This document shows, one piece after another, positions 8,212 through 18,338 of a stretch of 64,000 nt of DNA. The position numbers and the translations under genes were made by a program. The first letter of the stretch is position 1. Each line of letters begins with the position of its first letter. The notes under the pieces are model-generated. The model was not told the origin of the DNA. It made no database searches and saw nothing but the letters and a program-made list of their open reading frames with translations. This stretch comes from Roseibacillus sp. (lineage in GTDB: Bacteria; Verrucomicrobiota; Verrucomicrobiia; Verrucomicrobiales; Akkermansiaceae), in the NCBI GenBank assembly GCA_051251855.1, contig JBPOGI010000001.1, positions 1,440,001 to 1,504,000 on the forward strand, written 5' to 3'.

Positions 8212-10365
8212 GTGGAATTCCCTGAAAACTTTCTCTTTGGAGTCGCCAATGCTGACCATCAGGTAGAAGCCTACGATCCTGAGCGAGAAGACGTTTGGGA
8301 CCTTTGGGAACGAAGCCAAAACCTCACTCCACGTAAAAAGGCCGTCGATTTCTGGAATCGTTATCCCGAGGACATCGACCGAGCAGCGGATTTAGGCAGC
8401 AAAGTCTTCCGGTTTTCGATTGCTTGGGCCCGCGTTCAACCCTCAGAGAACGAATGGGATCAGACAGCCCTCGACCACTATCGTGACCTTGCTGAATACA
8501 TCCGCAGCAAAGGAATGAAGGTCATGGTCACCCTCGTTCACTTCGCTTGGCCGGTTTGGGTAGAAAAACGAGGAGGACTCATCGGCGAAGACTTTCCCGA
8601 CCTATTTGCGGACTACGGCGAAAAGATGGCCGACCTTCTTGGCGACATCACAGACTATTGGATCACCTTCAACGAGCCCACCCAGCTCGTCTACGGTTTC
8701 ATCAAGCCTTGGTGGCAGAACAACTACTACATGCCGCCAGGCCTCCCCGAAGGCACCGGAGCCAGCGGCGAAGCCGAAGCCATCGGCAAGCTCGTCTACA
8801 ACCTCTTCCTCTCCCACGCGCGAGCACGCGTCCGCATCAAAGGCCTCTTTCCCAACACCAAGGTCGGCACCAATCCGCTCGTCACCGGATTCCCCCCTTG
8901 GCTCCAAAGCATTCTCGATAACCAGGCACACTCCCCGTGGCTCCTCAAGGCCACCTATCGCTTCAGCATGGCCGAACCACTCGTCGCAGGCAAAAGCAAA
9001 GTCGACATGGTCATCGGTGGGCTCAGCCAAGAAAGCCATGACAATCTGAGCTACAGCGACCCCTACGTCACCACAGGCAAGGCTATCATGGTGACTCGTG
9101 AGAAGGACGCTCAGGACATTGAAGCTCTCGCCGAAAGCAACGTTGGCTTCGTGGGACCATCCGCCGACCGAGGCCTCGCCGCGACCCATCTCCCCGAAAC
9201 CTGCCAGCTACAGCCTTTCGAAAACTATCGCGATGGCCGCGAAGCTCTCAAAGAAGGAAAAATCACCGCCCTTTATGGCGACGCCCTTCTCCTTCTTCCT
9301 GCTCAATTCAAGCAAAGAGACGACTTCCGCTTTCTCCTAGAGGACATCACCCGCGAGACCCATTCCGTCGGCCTACCCCTCGGTCACCCCGGTCTCATTT
9401 CCGTCGTCAACAACACCATTGACGACTTTAGTTGCGAAGTCTTCGGAGCCTGCACCCCCACTCGCCCTGAGGAACCCGTCAAGGATCCCGTTCCGCCTGT
9501 ATCCTTGGCCGACTTTTTCGCCAACGACTCTCTCCCCGGACCTCGCAAGATCATCGAAGGCGAAGGTCTCCGACGCATTCGCCGTCGAGGTTTTCTCAAA
9601 GTGGGCATCCGAGACGACCTCCCGGGAATCTGCGAAACTTGCCCCGAGCCAGGGGTCGAGGTTCAACTCGCCAAAGCCGTCGCCAAAGCCATCTTCGATG
9701 ATGAAGATAAAATCGAATTCGTGATTCTGAACCACGAAAAACCTCTCAAGGTTCTCGAAACCAAAGCCAGTAAACTTAACCTACTCTGGCGCTTTGCCGG
9801 AGCAGCCGGACTCATCGCCAACTCCAATTGGTGGTATCTCGGCATTCGCGGCAAACTCCCCAAAGGCCTATGCCCACCCGAGGCCCACCAAGCCCAAGAC
9901 TTCGTCGGTATGGACTACTACTGGGGTCTGCCCACCAGTAAGCTTCATCGATTCAACAGCCTCGTCGAAGCAGGCGAAGGACGTTTTCTCAACGCTCCCG
10001 TCTGGCCCGAAGGGATGGGACACGCCATGCGACGCTATCATCGCTGGTTTCCTAATCAGGAAATCATGGTCGTCGAGAACGGCTGCGTCCCCCTCGCCGA
10101 TGGCGTCACCCGCAAAGAATACCTCCGTGTCCACCTCGAAGAAGTAGCCAAAGTCTGTGCCGAAGGCGTGCCCGTCAGTGCCTATCTTTGCTGGTCACTC
10201 ACTTCTAATCGTGAGTGGGGTCACGCCTTCAATCATCAAACCGACTTTGGCCTTTACCACGTAGGCTTGGACACCGATCCCGAGCTCAAACGTAAAGCCA
10301 CTCCCGAAGTTGAATACTACCGAAACTTCATCGCGGAGCATCAAGCTAAGAAGACTCAACGATAG
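8212..10365 (+). CDS. Glycoside hydrolase family 1 with an inserted family-3 substrate-binding (SBP_bac_3-like) domain
   Basis: GH1 motifs FPENFLFG..HQVE, RFSIAWAR, TFNEP (E155), DFVGMDYY, VVENG (E622), WSLTSNREW, FGL; SBP-like segments at aa ~256-404 and ~453-518. Confidence 0.88.
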   Translation: MEFPENFLFGVANADHQVEAYDPEREDVWDLWERSQNLTPRKKAVDFWNRYPEDIDRAADLGSKVFRFSIAWARVQPSENEWDQTALDHYRDLAEYIRSKGMKVMVTLVHFAWPVWVEKRGGLIGEDFPDLFADYGEKMADLLGDITDYWITFNEPTQLVYGFIKPWWQNNYYMPPGLPEGTGASGEAEAIGKLVYNLFLSHARARVRIKGLFPNTKVGTNPLVTGFPPWLQSILDNQAHSPWLLKATYRFSMAEPLVAGKSKVDMVIGGLSQESHDNLSYSDPYVTTGKAIMVTREKDAQDIEALAESNVGFVGPSADRGLAATHLPETCQLQPFENYRDGREALKEGKITALYGDALLLLPAQFKQRDDFRFLLEDITRETHSVGLPLGHPGLISVVNNTIDDFSCEVFGACTPTRPEEPVKDPVPPVSLADFFANDSLPGPRKIIEGEGLRRIRRRGFLKVGIRDDLPGICETCPEPGVEVQLAKAVAKAIFDDEDKIEFVILNHEKPLKVLETKASKLNLLWRFAGAAGLIANSNWWYLGIRGKLPKGLCPPEAHQAQDFVGMDYYWGLPTSKLHRFNSLVEAGEGRFLNAPVWPEGMGHAMRRYHRWFPNQEIMVVENGCVPLADGVTRKEYLRVHLEEVAKVCAEGVPVSAYLCWSLTSNREWGHAFNHQTDFGLYHVGLDTDPELKRKATPEVEYYRNFIAEHQAKKTQR

Positions 10366-10407
10366 AACCCCAGTCGACTCTACGTTACTCATAGACAAGC
10401 ACTTGAA

Positions 10408-11958
10408 ATGAAAAAACTTCTTATCCTCTTACTCCTAGCCGGCTCCTTGGCTGCCGAGAAGAAGCCCAACATCGTCTTCTTCCTCGTCGACGACCTCGGG
10501 ATCAACGACCTCTCGGGCGAAGGCTCGACCTACTACGAGACTCCTCATATTGACCAACTTGCCAAAGAATCCGTCCGTTTCACCAACGGCTATTCCACCT
10601 GCCAAGTCTGCTCTCCATCCCGCGCCTCCCTTCTCACTGGAAAGTATCCTCCACGCATCGGCATCACCGATTGGATCGGAGCCGCTACCGGCAAAAAGTG
10701 GAAGCGTAACGACAAAGTCCTACCAGCTCCCAATGCGAGTAAGCTCTCCACTGAGGAATACACTCTCGCCGAGGCCCTCGCCGATGGCGGTTATGCGACC
10801 TGGTTTCTCGGCAAGTGGCATGTCGGCGGCGAAGGCTCCCACCCCGAAGACCACGGCTTCCAAGTCAACATCGGCGGACACCATCGTGGTTCCCCTCCTG
10901 GAGGCTTCTTCGCCCCCTTTAACAATCCCAAGATCAACAACGACCCTCCAGCAGGAACATCCCTTCCCCTTTGGCTCGCCGACCAAACTTCCGAACTCAT
11001 CACCACTCATCAAAAGGAGAGCGCTGAACAACCCTTCCTTGCCTATCTCTCCTTCTACTCCGTCCACGGCCCCATCCAAACCACTCCGGAACTCTGGAAA
11101 AAGTATCAACAAAAGGCCGCAACCTCCTCTCATCAAGGAGACCGCTTCGCTGTCGACCGCACCCTGCCCGTGCGCCAAGTGCAGGACTGCCCCATCTACG
11201 CCGGCATGATGGAAGCCCTCGACCAAGCCGTCGGCAAAGTGCTCAACACTCTTAGCGAACTCCAACTTGAGAACGACACCATCGTCATTTTCACCGGCGA
11301 CAACGGCGGCGTCACCAGCGGAGACGCCTTCGCCACCGCCGCTCTTCCCCTGCGCGGTGGCAAAGGTCGCCAATGGGAAGGTGGCCTGCGCGCGCCCTAC
11401 TACCTCAAAGTCCCCGGCACCAAACCCACCAACATCGACATCCCAGCAACTGGCACCGACTTCTACCCCACTCTCCTCGACCTCGCCGGTCTCGACGCAC
11501 AACCCGAGCAACATCTTGACGGACTCTCTCTCAAGCCACTTCTCGAAGGCTCAAAACTTAAAGAGCGCCCCCTCTTCTGGCATTACCCTCACTACGGCAA
11601 CCAAGGCGGCGAGCCCTCCTCCATCCTCCGACAAGGGGATTGGAAGCTCATTCAATACTTCGAAGACAACCGTCTCGAACTCTATCACCTCCCCTCCGAC
11701 ATCGGTGAACAAAAGGACGTATCCAACGAAAACGCTGAAATCGTAGCAACCATGCTCACCACCCTAGAAAGCCTTCAAGAGGAAACCGGAGCTCTCATTC
11801 CCGAGAAAGACCCTCGCTTCGCTCCCGCAAAGAAAAAGTTGCAACTCGAACAGCTTCACACCGTCAAGAAATCCCAACTCGAGAAGCAGCACGCCCGCTT
11901 TCTCGACCCTGACTTCAAACCCAACAAAACTTGGTGGGGCTCTCTCCCAATCGACTAA
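10408..11958 (+). CDS. Formylglycine-dependent (S1) sulfatase, secreted
   Basis: Signal peptide; KPNIVFFLVDDLG, CSPSRASLLTG, GKWH. Confidence 0.95.
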   Translation: MKKLLILLLLAGSLAAEKKPNIVFFLVDDLGINDLSGEGSTYYETPHIDQLAKESVRFTNGYSTCQVCSPSRASLLTGKYPPRIGITDWIGAATGKKWKRNDKVLPAPNASKLSTEEYTLAEALADGGYATWFLGKWHVGGEGSHPEDHGFQVNIGGHHRGSPPGGFFAPFNNPKINNDPPAGTSLPLWLADQTSELITTHQKESAEQPFLAYLSFYSVHGPIQTTPELWKKYQQKAATSSHQGDRFAVDRTLPVRQVQDCPIYAGMMEALDQAVGKVLNTLSELQLENDTIVIFTGDNGGVTSGDAFATAALPLRGGKGRQWEGGLRAPYYLKVPGTKPTNIDIPATGTDFYPTLLDLAGLDAQPEQHLDGLSLKPLLEGSKLKERPLFWHYPHYGNQGGEPSSILRQGDWKLIQYFEDNRLELYHLPSDIGEQKDVSNENAEIVATMLTTLESLQEETGALIPEKDPRFAPAKKKLQLEQLHTVKKSQLEKQHARFLDPDFKPNKTWWGSLPID

Positions 11959-11985
11959 GCCTTCTGTTTGACGAAAAAATTGATC

Positions 11986-12804
11986 ATGAAAACTCTCTTC
12001 TTCCTCCTCGTCCTCACCAGCGTTGCTTCTGCCTTCAAATATCCGCCAAAGCTCAAAGACGCCCGCAGCGAAGTCTATCGCACCATCGACGAGCTCGAGC
12101 TCAAGGTCCACATTCTCGGCGAAACCGATCCCAAGAACCCCAAGCCAGCCATCGTCTTCTTTTTCGGAGGGGGCTGGAACGGCGGCTCCCCTGAGCAGTT
12201 CGCAAAACAGGGACACCACCTCGCTGAGCGCGGCATGATTGCCATTCTCGCCGACTATCGCGTCAAATCACGCAACAAAGTCAAACCCGTTGAATGCGTC
12301 AAAGACGCCAAAGCCTGTCTCGCCTGGGTTCGTGAAAACTCAAAGCGCCTCGGCATCGTTCCCGACAAAATCTGCGCCGCCGGAGGCTCTGCCGGGGGCC
12401 ATCTCGCCGCGGCTACAGGCACCCTCACGGGCTTCGGAAACCACGAGCGCCCCAATGCCATGATTCTTTTCAATCCCGGCGCCCAAATGGCCGACTACGG
12501 CGAATTTATCATGAAAGGCTTTGGAGAAGGCCGCGACCTCGGAGCGCCCGCCCTAAACTTCTGTCCCACCAACAACGTCGGTGAGCACACCCCTCCGACT
12601 CTCATTGTGCACGGAACCAAGGACAAAACCGTCCCGTTCTCTTCTGCTCAAGCATTCGAAGCCGCCATGAAGAAAGCCAACCGCCCCATCACCCTCATCG
12701 GCTACGAAGGACGCGGACACGGATTCTTCAACCGAGGCGAAGACTTCACCGCCACCCTCGCCGAAGCAGACAAATTCTTGGTCAAACTCGGCTGGATCAA
12801 GTAG
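11986..12804 (+). CDS. Alpha/beta hydrolase (HSL/BD-FAE-like esterase), secreted
   Basis: FFGGGW oxyanion loop, GGSAGG nucleophile, HGTKD and GHGF; ATG 11986 precedes a signal peptide. Confidence 0.88.
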   Translation: MKTLFFLLVLTSVASAFKYPPKLKDARSEVYRTIDELELKVHILGETDPKNPKPAIVFFFGGGWNGGSPEQFAKQGHHLAERGMIAILADYRVKSRNKVKPVECVKDAKACLAWVRENSKRLGIVPDKICAAGGSAGGHLAAATGTLTGFGNHERPNAMILFNPGAQMADYGEFIMKGFGEGRDLGAPALNFCPTNNVGEHTPPTLIVHGTKDKTVPFSSAQAFEAAMKKANRPITLIGYEGRGHGFFNRGEDFTATLAEADKFLVKLGWIK

Positions 12805-12850
12805 TTCAGTCTGGACTCTCCCGCCCGAATTCTGAATGGTCCCCCTCCTC

Positions 12851-13345
12851 ATGGACGACATTAAAATCACCATCCACACCAACAAGGGCGATATCAACAT
12901 CACCACCTTCCCCGATGACGCCCCCGTCACCGTAGCCTCGTTCCTTCACCTCGCCTCCAGCGGGTTTTACGATGGCCTCAAGTTTCACCGAGTGATCTCT
13001 AACTTCATGGTTCAAGGCGGTTGTCCACAAGGCTCCGGCACCGGTGGCCCAGGCTACAAGTTCGAGTGCGAATGCAAACCCAACCGTCGCCACGACAAGC
13101 CCGGCATCCTCTCCATGGCCAACGCAGGCCCCAACACCAACGGTTCCCAGTTTTTCATCACTCACGGACCGACTCCTCACCTCGATGGCAAGCACACCGT
13201 TTTTGGAGAGACCACCGAAGGCCAGGACGTGATCAACTCCATTCGTCAAAACGACACCATCAAGAACATCACCATCCACGGATCTACCGACGATCTTTTT
13301 GCCGCCCACGCCGATCGCATCGCCGATTGGAAGTCAGCTTCCTAG
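12851..13345 (+). CDS. Cyclophilin-type peptidyl-prolyl cis-trans isomerase
   Basis: [47 protein letters not shown]. Confidence 0.96.
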   Translation: MDDIKITIHTNKGDINITTFPDDAPVTVASFLHLASSGFYDGLKFHRVISNFMVQGGCPQGSGTGGPGYKFECECKPNRRHDKPGILSMANAGPNTNGSQFFITHGPTPHLDGKHTVFGETTEGQDVINSIRQNDTIKNITIHGSTDDLFAAHADRIADWKSAS

Positions 13346-13365
13346 GAGCATCATTCCTTTTATCC

Positions 13366-13398
13366 GCCGAGGGTGCTTCACGCTCCCTCGGCTTTTTT
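13366..13398 (+). terminator. Rho-independent terminator after the cyclophilin gene
   Basis: GCCGAGGG...CCCTCGGC stem followed by TTTTTT. Confidence 0.75.
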
Positions 13399-13435
13399 GT
13401 GGTCATTTCGGGGAGAAAACGAGACCCTCCCCTTA

Positions 13436-14164
13436 TTGAAGGCCCTCTTTGCATTTCTGCTCTTCGCTTCGTGGTGCCCTGCCGCACCACCAGACGACTA
13501 CTATCAATCCGCCAAAGGGCTGCAGGGGGAAGCATTGCGTAATGCTCTCCATGACATCATCGACGACCACAGGTTCCTTAAATACGGCAATACCCGCGAA
13601 GCGATGGCTCTTCTTCATCAAGACCCGAAGAATCCAGCCAACCTCATTCAGATTTACACTCAACAATCTGTTCCCAAAGAAAAACCCGACCTCTGGAACC
13701 GAGAACATCTCTGGCCCCGCGCACGTGGCAACACCGACAAACGAGGCCCTGACGACACCGATCTTCACCACCTCTTTCCATCGAATTACAAAGTGAATGC
13801 CAACCGTGCGTCTCTTCTTTTCGATATCACCACCCCTCCGCGCCTCCCCAAGTTTTGGTCCATGGACGAAGACTCCTTCCAACCGCCAGCCGCAGTGGTC
13901 GGAGACATCGCCCGTGCGCTCTTTTACATGGCGGTCCGCTACGACGGATCAGACCGCCAGACCTCGAATCTCACCCTCGTCTTCAGCGACTTTAATGGAG
14001 CCGAGATGGGCCACCTAGAAACGCTCCTCAAGTGGCACCTCTCCGATCCTCCAGATGCCTTTGAAAAACGACGAAACCAACTCATCTTCGAAAAATTTCA
14101 AGGTAATCGTAACCCCTTTGTCGATCATCCCGAATTCGTAACCTCCATCTGGGCTCAGCCATAG
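13436..14164 (+). CDS. Secreted endonuclease I family (Bsn/EndA-like) nuclease
   Basis: WNREHLWP, DLHHLFP, GDIARALFYMAVRY, QGNRNPFVDHP; TTG 13436 gives a clean signal peptide (MKALFAFLL) downstream of the terminator. Confidence 0.88.
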   Translation: MKALFAFLLFASWCPAAPPDDYYQSAKGLQGEALRNALHDIIDDHRFLKYGNTREAMALLHQDPKNPANLIQIYTQQSVPKEKPDLWNREHLWPRARGNTDKRGPDDTDLHHLFPSNYKVNANRASLLFDITTPPRLPKFWSMDEDSFQPPAAVVGDIARALFYMAVRYDGSDRQTSNLTLVFSDFNGAEMGHLETLLKWHLSDPPDAFEKRRNQLIFEKFQGNRNPFVDHPEFVTSIWAQP

Positions 14165-14215
14165 AAAACCTGCGCCCTTCTCTCGGCATCAAAACGATGA
14201 TAGTCTGACCGAGTT

Positions 14216-14707
14216 ATGCGCAAAATCTTCCTTCTTTCGTTCCTTATCACCCTCACCAGTTGTGCCGACCGCACCCTCACGAAGGTCGAAGAAGTCAAAG
14301 AAAAGGCAGCCCCGACAACACCGGTCGTTCCTCAACCCGAACCAGCCGTTGAGGCACCCAAGCCAAAACCGAAGCTGATTGCCGGCAAGTACGTCGTAAA
14401 GTCGACTCAACGAGGGAAAATGTCGTGGTATTCAGTTAAAACAAATGGTGGCACTGTCACAGCCTCCGGCAAAAAATTCAGCAACTCGGGAGCGACCGCC
14501 GCTCACCGCACTCTCCGCTTCGGCACTAAAGTTCGCGTCACCAACCTCAGCAACGGACGTTCCGAAATTGTCACCATCACCGACCGTGGCCCCTTCATCA
14601 AAGGGCGCATCATCGACGTCTCCATCGGCACCGCGGGCAAGAGCAAACTTAACTTCGTCAACGCCGGGGTCGTCTCCTGCAAAGTCGAAGTGCTTGGCAC
14701 CCCTTAA
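14216..14707 (+). CDS. rlpA: RlpA-like lipoprotein (DPBB lytic transglycosylase)
   Basis: Lipobox LTSC; SWY, TASG, TAAHRTLRFGT, ITDRGPFIKGRIIDVS. Confidence 0.9.
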   Translation: MRKIFLLSFLITLTSCADRTLTKVEEVKEKAAPTTPVVPQPEPAVEAPKPKPKLIAGKYVVKSTQRGKMSWYSVKTNGGTVTASGKKFSNSGATAAHRTLRFGTKVRVTNLSNGRSEIVTITDRGPFIKGRIIDVSIGTAGKSKLNFVNAGVVSCKVEVLGTP

Positions 14708-14728
14708 GCGCAAGCATTCAAAGAAGCA

Positions 14729-15958
14729 CTACCCCCTTCGACTCTCCTGCAACAACGGGACAATCATCAAGGTCGCAATCGTCATCAGAATCGCCCCGAC
14801 CACCCCCACCACTTGTGGCGACAAGGCCGCTGCCACCGCAAACCCCAAAAAGGGAGCAGCCGTTCCTCGGCATCCAGTGAGAAAGGTATGAACGCTCATG
14901 TATTCCGCCACATGTTCCGCCTTCGCAAACTTCGTTACCCACAAGCTCCAAGCCACATTGCCACCCGCTTTCCCGATCCCGTGTAAAGCCAATCCCACAT
15001 AAAGAGTCCACACCTCGCCTCCGAGGAAAAATACTAATACCGCCGCAATAAAGAAGAGGTTGATCACGATACGCGTCACGAAAAAGTTCACGCGGTCGAA
15101 GATTAGTCCCCACAAAAAGACCGTAATCAAGAAGCAGGCTTCCGGAGTCGTCGTCGTAATGAGACTGACCTGATCTGCACCTAATCCATATCCGTAGGCC
15201 GGATTCGCCACGAACTCGACGAAGATCCCAAAGCAAATCAAATTGCCAAACCCCAAGACCATCCAAGCAATCAGAATCAACCGAAACTGACGGTCTCTCT
15301 TCACATGCTCGAAGGCATCGAACAATCGCACCCCTGCCGTCTTTCGCAGATGAATGGGCGTCATCGCCTGCACGCAAAATGCCATCAACAAGCAGCATAC
15401 GGCATAAACCTTCAAAAGCGCCGGAAAGCCCACCGGATTTTCGCGTAGCCAAAATCCAAAACTCAGTGCCGCTACAATGGCTGCCACTTTTCTCACAATC
15501 GCAGTCACAGCAAAGAGGCGTCCGCGATTCACATCAGGATAATGTCGTCGATAAATCTGCGAATACAGCGGCAACGAAAGCGTCAATCCCAACTGAGCGG
15601 CAGACAAACCAAACAGATACAGCAGCAAACTCCCCGGATTGAATGCCGCCACGAAAAAGCCTGCTGCCGCAAATACAGCAATGGCCGAAATGGCAATATT
15701 GATACTGCATCCAATACGCCGCACGAATTGGACCATGAACAGACTCAGCAAAAGCCCCACACTCGCAGAAGCCACCAACACCGCCTTCTCCATCTGGCTC
15801 GCGCTAAAGACGGACACCGCCAAAAACACAGCAAAGGTCGTTCCCACCGTTTCAATCACTCCCGCTGGGACCGACCGTAAAAGCTCAAGCCGAAAGGTAC
15901 GGCGATTCCACTCACTCTCGATCAGTGATGAAGGGGTTGGAGATTCCAGTTCAGCCAC
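14729..15958 (-). CDS. MFS transporter
   Basis: About 12 hydrophobic helices in 409 aa; YP..NRGRL loop motif. Confidence 0.8.
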   Translation of the reverse strand: MAELESPTPSSLIESEWNRRTFRLELLRSVPAGVIETVGTTFAVFLAVSVFSASQMEKAVLVASASVGLLLSLFMVQFVRRIGCSINIAISAIAVFAAAGFFVAAFNPGSLLLYLFGLSAAQLGLTLSLPLYSQIYRRHYPDVNRGRLFAVTAIVRKVAAIVAALSFGFWLRENPVGFPALLKVYAVCCLLMAFCVQAMTPIHLRKTAGVRLFDAFEHVKRDRQFRLILIAWMVLGFGNLICFGIFVEFVANPAYGYGLGADQVSLITTTTPEACFLITVFLWGLIFDRVNFFVTRIVINLFFIAAVLVFFLGGEVWTLYVGLALHGIGKAGGNVAWSLWVTKFAKAEHVAEYMSVHTFLTGCRGTAAPFLGFAVAAALSPQVVGVVGAILMTIATLMIVPLLQESRRG

Positions 15959-15967
15959 AGAAGGTTT

Positions 15968-16957
15968 CTAGCTCTTCGCCCGCTGCAAGACCAAGCTCCA
16001 GTCACAAAGGATTGTCACCATTAGAGAAGCAGCCCCCACATGAAGCACCTGAACCCAAGGAAAAATACCTACCTGAGCCATCACCAATCCCATCACCATC
16101 ATACTCAGCACCAAGCCCACCATCATTTTGGCTCTCACTTCCAGAATCCCCAGCTCTTTCGCCTTCCAAGCCAAGAACGCCATCAAAAGCACGATGAGCC
16201 ACGAAAAACTTCGATGGATCAAATAGATGCCACTTTGCTCCAGCTCCCAAATCCAATCCGCCCGTGCTTCACCCACATGAGACTTCGCCAACACATCGGT
16301 CATCTCCCTCACCTGCGTGCCCAGAATCCCCTCCAGCATCACCAACGCCATCATCCCCCAAACCCAAGGAGCGAGCTTCTTCCCCACCTTGAAGGGAACC
16401 TTGCCGCCTATTTCTCTGCGACAGTAGACCAAGATGAAAATCAACAAAAACGCGAGTGCCAAGTGAATCGTGATAATGCCCGGTTTCAACCCCGAATAGA
16501 CAATCATCGCCCCCATCACCGCATTAATCAGAACAATCACCAGAGAAGCCATCGAGAGTAATATCATCTTGTCACGGCTTTTTCCTCTCGGCAGAAAAAA
16601 CGAACAAATCACTGCGCCTAGAGAGAAGAACCCCACCGGCAGACTCACTAGGCGATTGATGAATTCTGTCCACGTATGAACAGGATTAAAACTCTCCAGA
16701 ATATGCTCCGGTGTTACCGTCGAAGGGTCCCGCCCCAGCCGAGCCGCTTTTTTCTCGAAGCGCTCATAGTTGATCTTATTCAGGTCTACCTGCTCCACCT
16801 TCCATGGCGGAATGAGCTGCCCCCAGCATTTCGGCCAATCAGGGCATCCCAAACCTGCTCCCGTCGCACGCACAATCGCTCCCACAAAGACCAAAAGCAC
16901 CACAAAAGCCAGCACCCCAGTCACCATTTTGCGAAACCACTTTTCCCCTCTCGTCAT
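15968..16957 (-). CDS. ctaA: COX15/CtaA family heme A synthase
   Basis: GAIVRATGAGLGCPDWPKC, EFINR, IHLA, IHR, VLHVG. Confidence 0.9.
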   Translation of the reverse strand: MTRGEKWFRKMVTGVLAFVVLLVFVGAIVRATGAGLGCPDWPKCWGQLIPPWKVEQVDLNKINYERFEKKAARLGRDPSTVTPEHILESFNPVHTWTEFINRLVSLPVGFFSLGAVICSFFLPRGKSRDKMILLSMASLVIVLINAVMGAMIVYSGLKPGIITIHLALAFLLIFILVYCRREIGGKVPFKVGKKLAPWVWGMMALVMLEGILGTQVREMTDVLAKSHVGEARADWIWELEQSGIYLIHRSFSWLIVLLMAFLAWKAKELGILEVRAKMMVGLVLSMMVMGLVMAQVGIFPWVQVLHVGAASLMVTILCDWSLVLQRAKS

Positions 16958-17025
16958 CTGCGGGGACTGTAGCCTGCCCTTCGTTTTCGTCTAGTCACGA
17001 GACCCATCTATTTTCCAAAGAAGCT

Positions 17026-18222
17026 TTAACCCTCCACTGGAGTCTCGGGCACTTGACCGTCAGCCTCTTTAACCGCCTCTTTCAACTCCTCGACACGTTC
17101 TTTAATACGAGCCTTATCCTCCTTACTCATCGCCACTGCAAGCCAACGGAAATCTTCACTATTCAACATCGCCACCTTGATCAACATCGTCAGCGGAACT
17201 GCCAACAGCATTCCCACGGGTCCCCAGAGCCAGCCCCAAAACATCACCGAGAGAATCACCATCAGGGTAGAAATACCAAATCGACTCCCCATCATCATCG
17301 GCTCCACAAAATTTCCCAAAAAGACGTTAATCGCGATATAGCCCGTTGCCACCGCCATCGCCTGGGGGCCACCACTAACGATCAATGCCAAAACTGTGGG
17401 AGGCACCCCCGCAATCACCGAACCCACCACTGGGATATAGTTTAGAAAGAAGGCCAGAATCCCCCAAAGGATAAAGAAGTCCAAATCCGCGACCCAACAG
17501 AGAAAGCCGGCCAAGAATCCCGTAATCAGACTAATCGCCGTCTTAATTCCTAAAAACCGCTGAATGTCGCGCGTAGCGCTAAAGAGTCGCTCGAAATCAG
17601 GGCCTTTGGCCTCACAAATCGCAGTCAATCTGCGACCATACATGCGCGCTTCGGTGAGCATGAAAATCGTCATCAACATTACAAAGAAGGCTGTTCCGAA
17701 GAAGGATGCTACTCGCCCTACCACGCCGGTTCCCAAGCTCCAGACCTGTTCAAAGTCAATTTGGTCCAACTGGTCGAGCGCCTTAGTGCGGAAATAGTTA
17801 TCCACGGTCTGCTGGGCATTCTCGAAACCTCGCTTATCAAGCTGATCCACAATGAAAAGCGACAGATCGAAAATCTTCTGGGTCATCAAGCTCTTGTAGG
17901 ACTGCGGATCGTTGAACCCGCTCCCTGCCCACTTGTCGCTGAAGTCGCCAATTAAAATCACCGCAATGACCACCACCCCCACAAGGAAGGCAAAATCAAC
18001 AAGCACCGTCAGCAAAACCGCCAACCAACGTGGCACCTTGTGATCGCGTAACCAATTGGTAATGGGGAAGGAAACAGTCGCGATGAAAAAGGCGAGAAGA
18101 ACCGGAACAAACACCCCTGCAGCCGCCTTCAATCCAGCAATCACAATCACGGCGCACGCAATCAGAAAGAGAAGCCTCAGCCCTCCACTTGCGTCTCCGT
18201 AACCCCCTTTATGCGAAATCAT
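17026..18222 (-). CDS. AI-2E family transporter
   Basis: LNYIPVVG, GNFVEPMMMG, WGWLWGPVGMLLAVPLT. Confidence 0.93.
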   Translation of the reverse strand: MISHKGGYGDASGGLRLLFLIACAVIVIAGLKAAAGVFVPVLLAFFIATVSFPITNWLRDHKVPRWLAVLLTVLVDFAFLVGVVVIAVILIGDFSDKWAGSGFNDPQSYKSLMTQKIFDLSLFIVDQLDKRGFENAQQTVDNYFRTKALDQLDQIDFEQVWSLGTGVVGRVASFFGTAFFVMLMTIFMLTEARMYGRRLTAICEAKGPDFERLFSATRDIQRFLGIKTAISLITGFLAGFLCWVADLDFFILWGILAFFLNYIPVVGSVIAGVPPTVLALIVSGGPQAMAVATGYIAINVFLGNFVEPMMMGSRFGISTLMVILSVMFWGWLWGPVGMLLAVPLTMLIKVAMLNSEDFRWLAVAMSKEDKARIKERVEELKEAVKEADGQVPETPVEG

Positions 18223-18338
18223 CGTTGTTCTCTAGAAATCCTATCTCATCTTGAACGATTTAACCAACGACTTCGTAGAGGAATTTTGTTCCGCAATCTC
18301 TCTCTCTTGCCTAGACCTCCCTTGTTGCCTCCTCTTTC

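Noticed and set aside
12806..13309. 167-aa antisense ORF, and the many similar long antisense or alternate-frame ORFs over sulfatases, GH2 and the IorB-family gene
   Set aside because: Shadow ORFs produced by codon bias opposite well-supported genes
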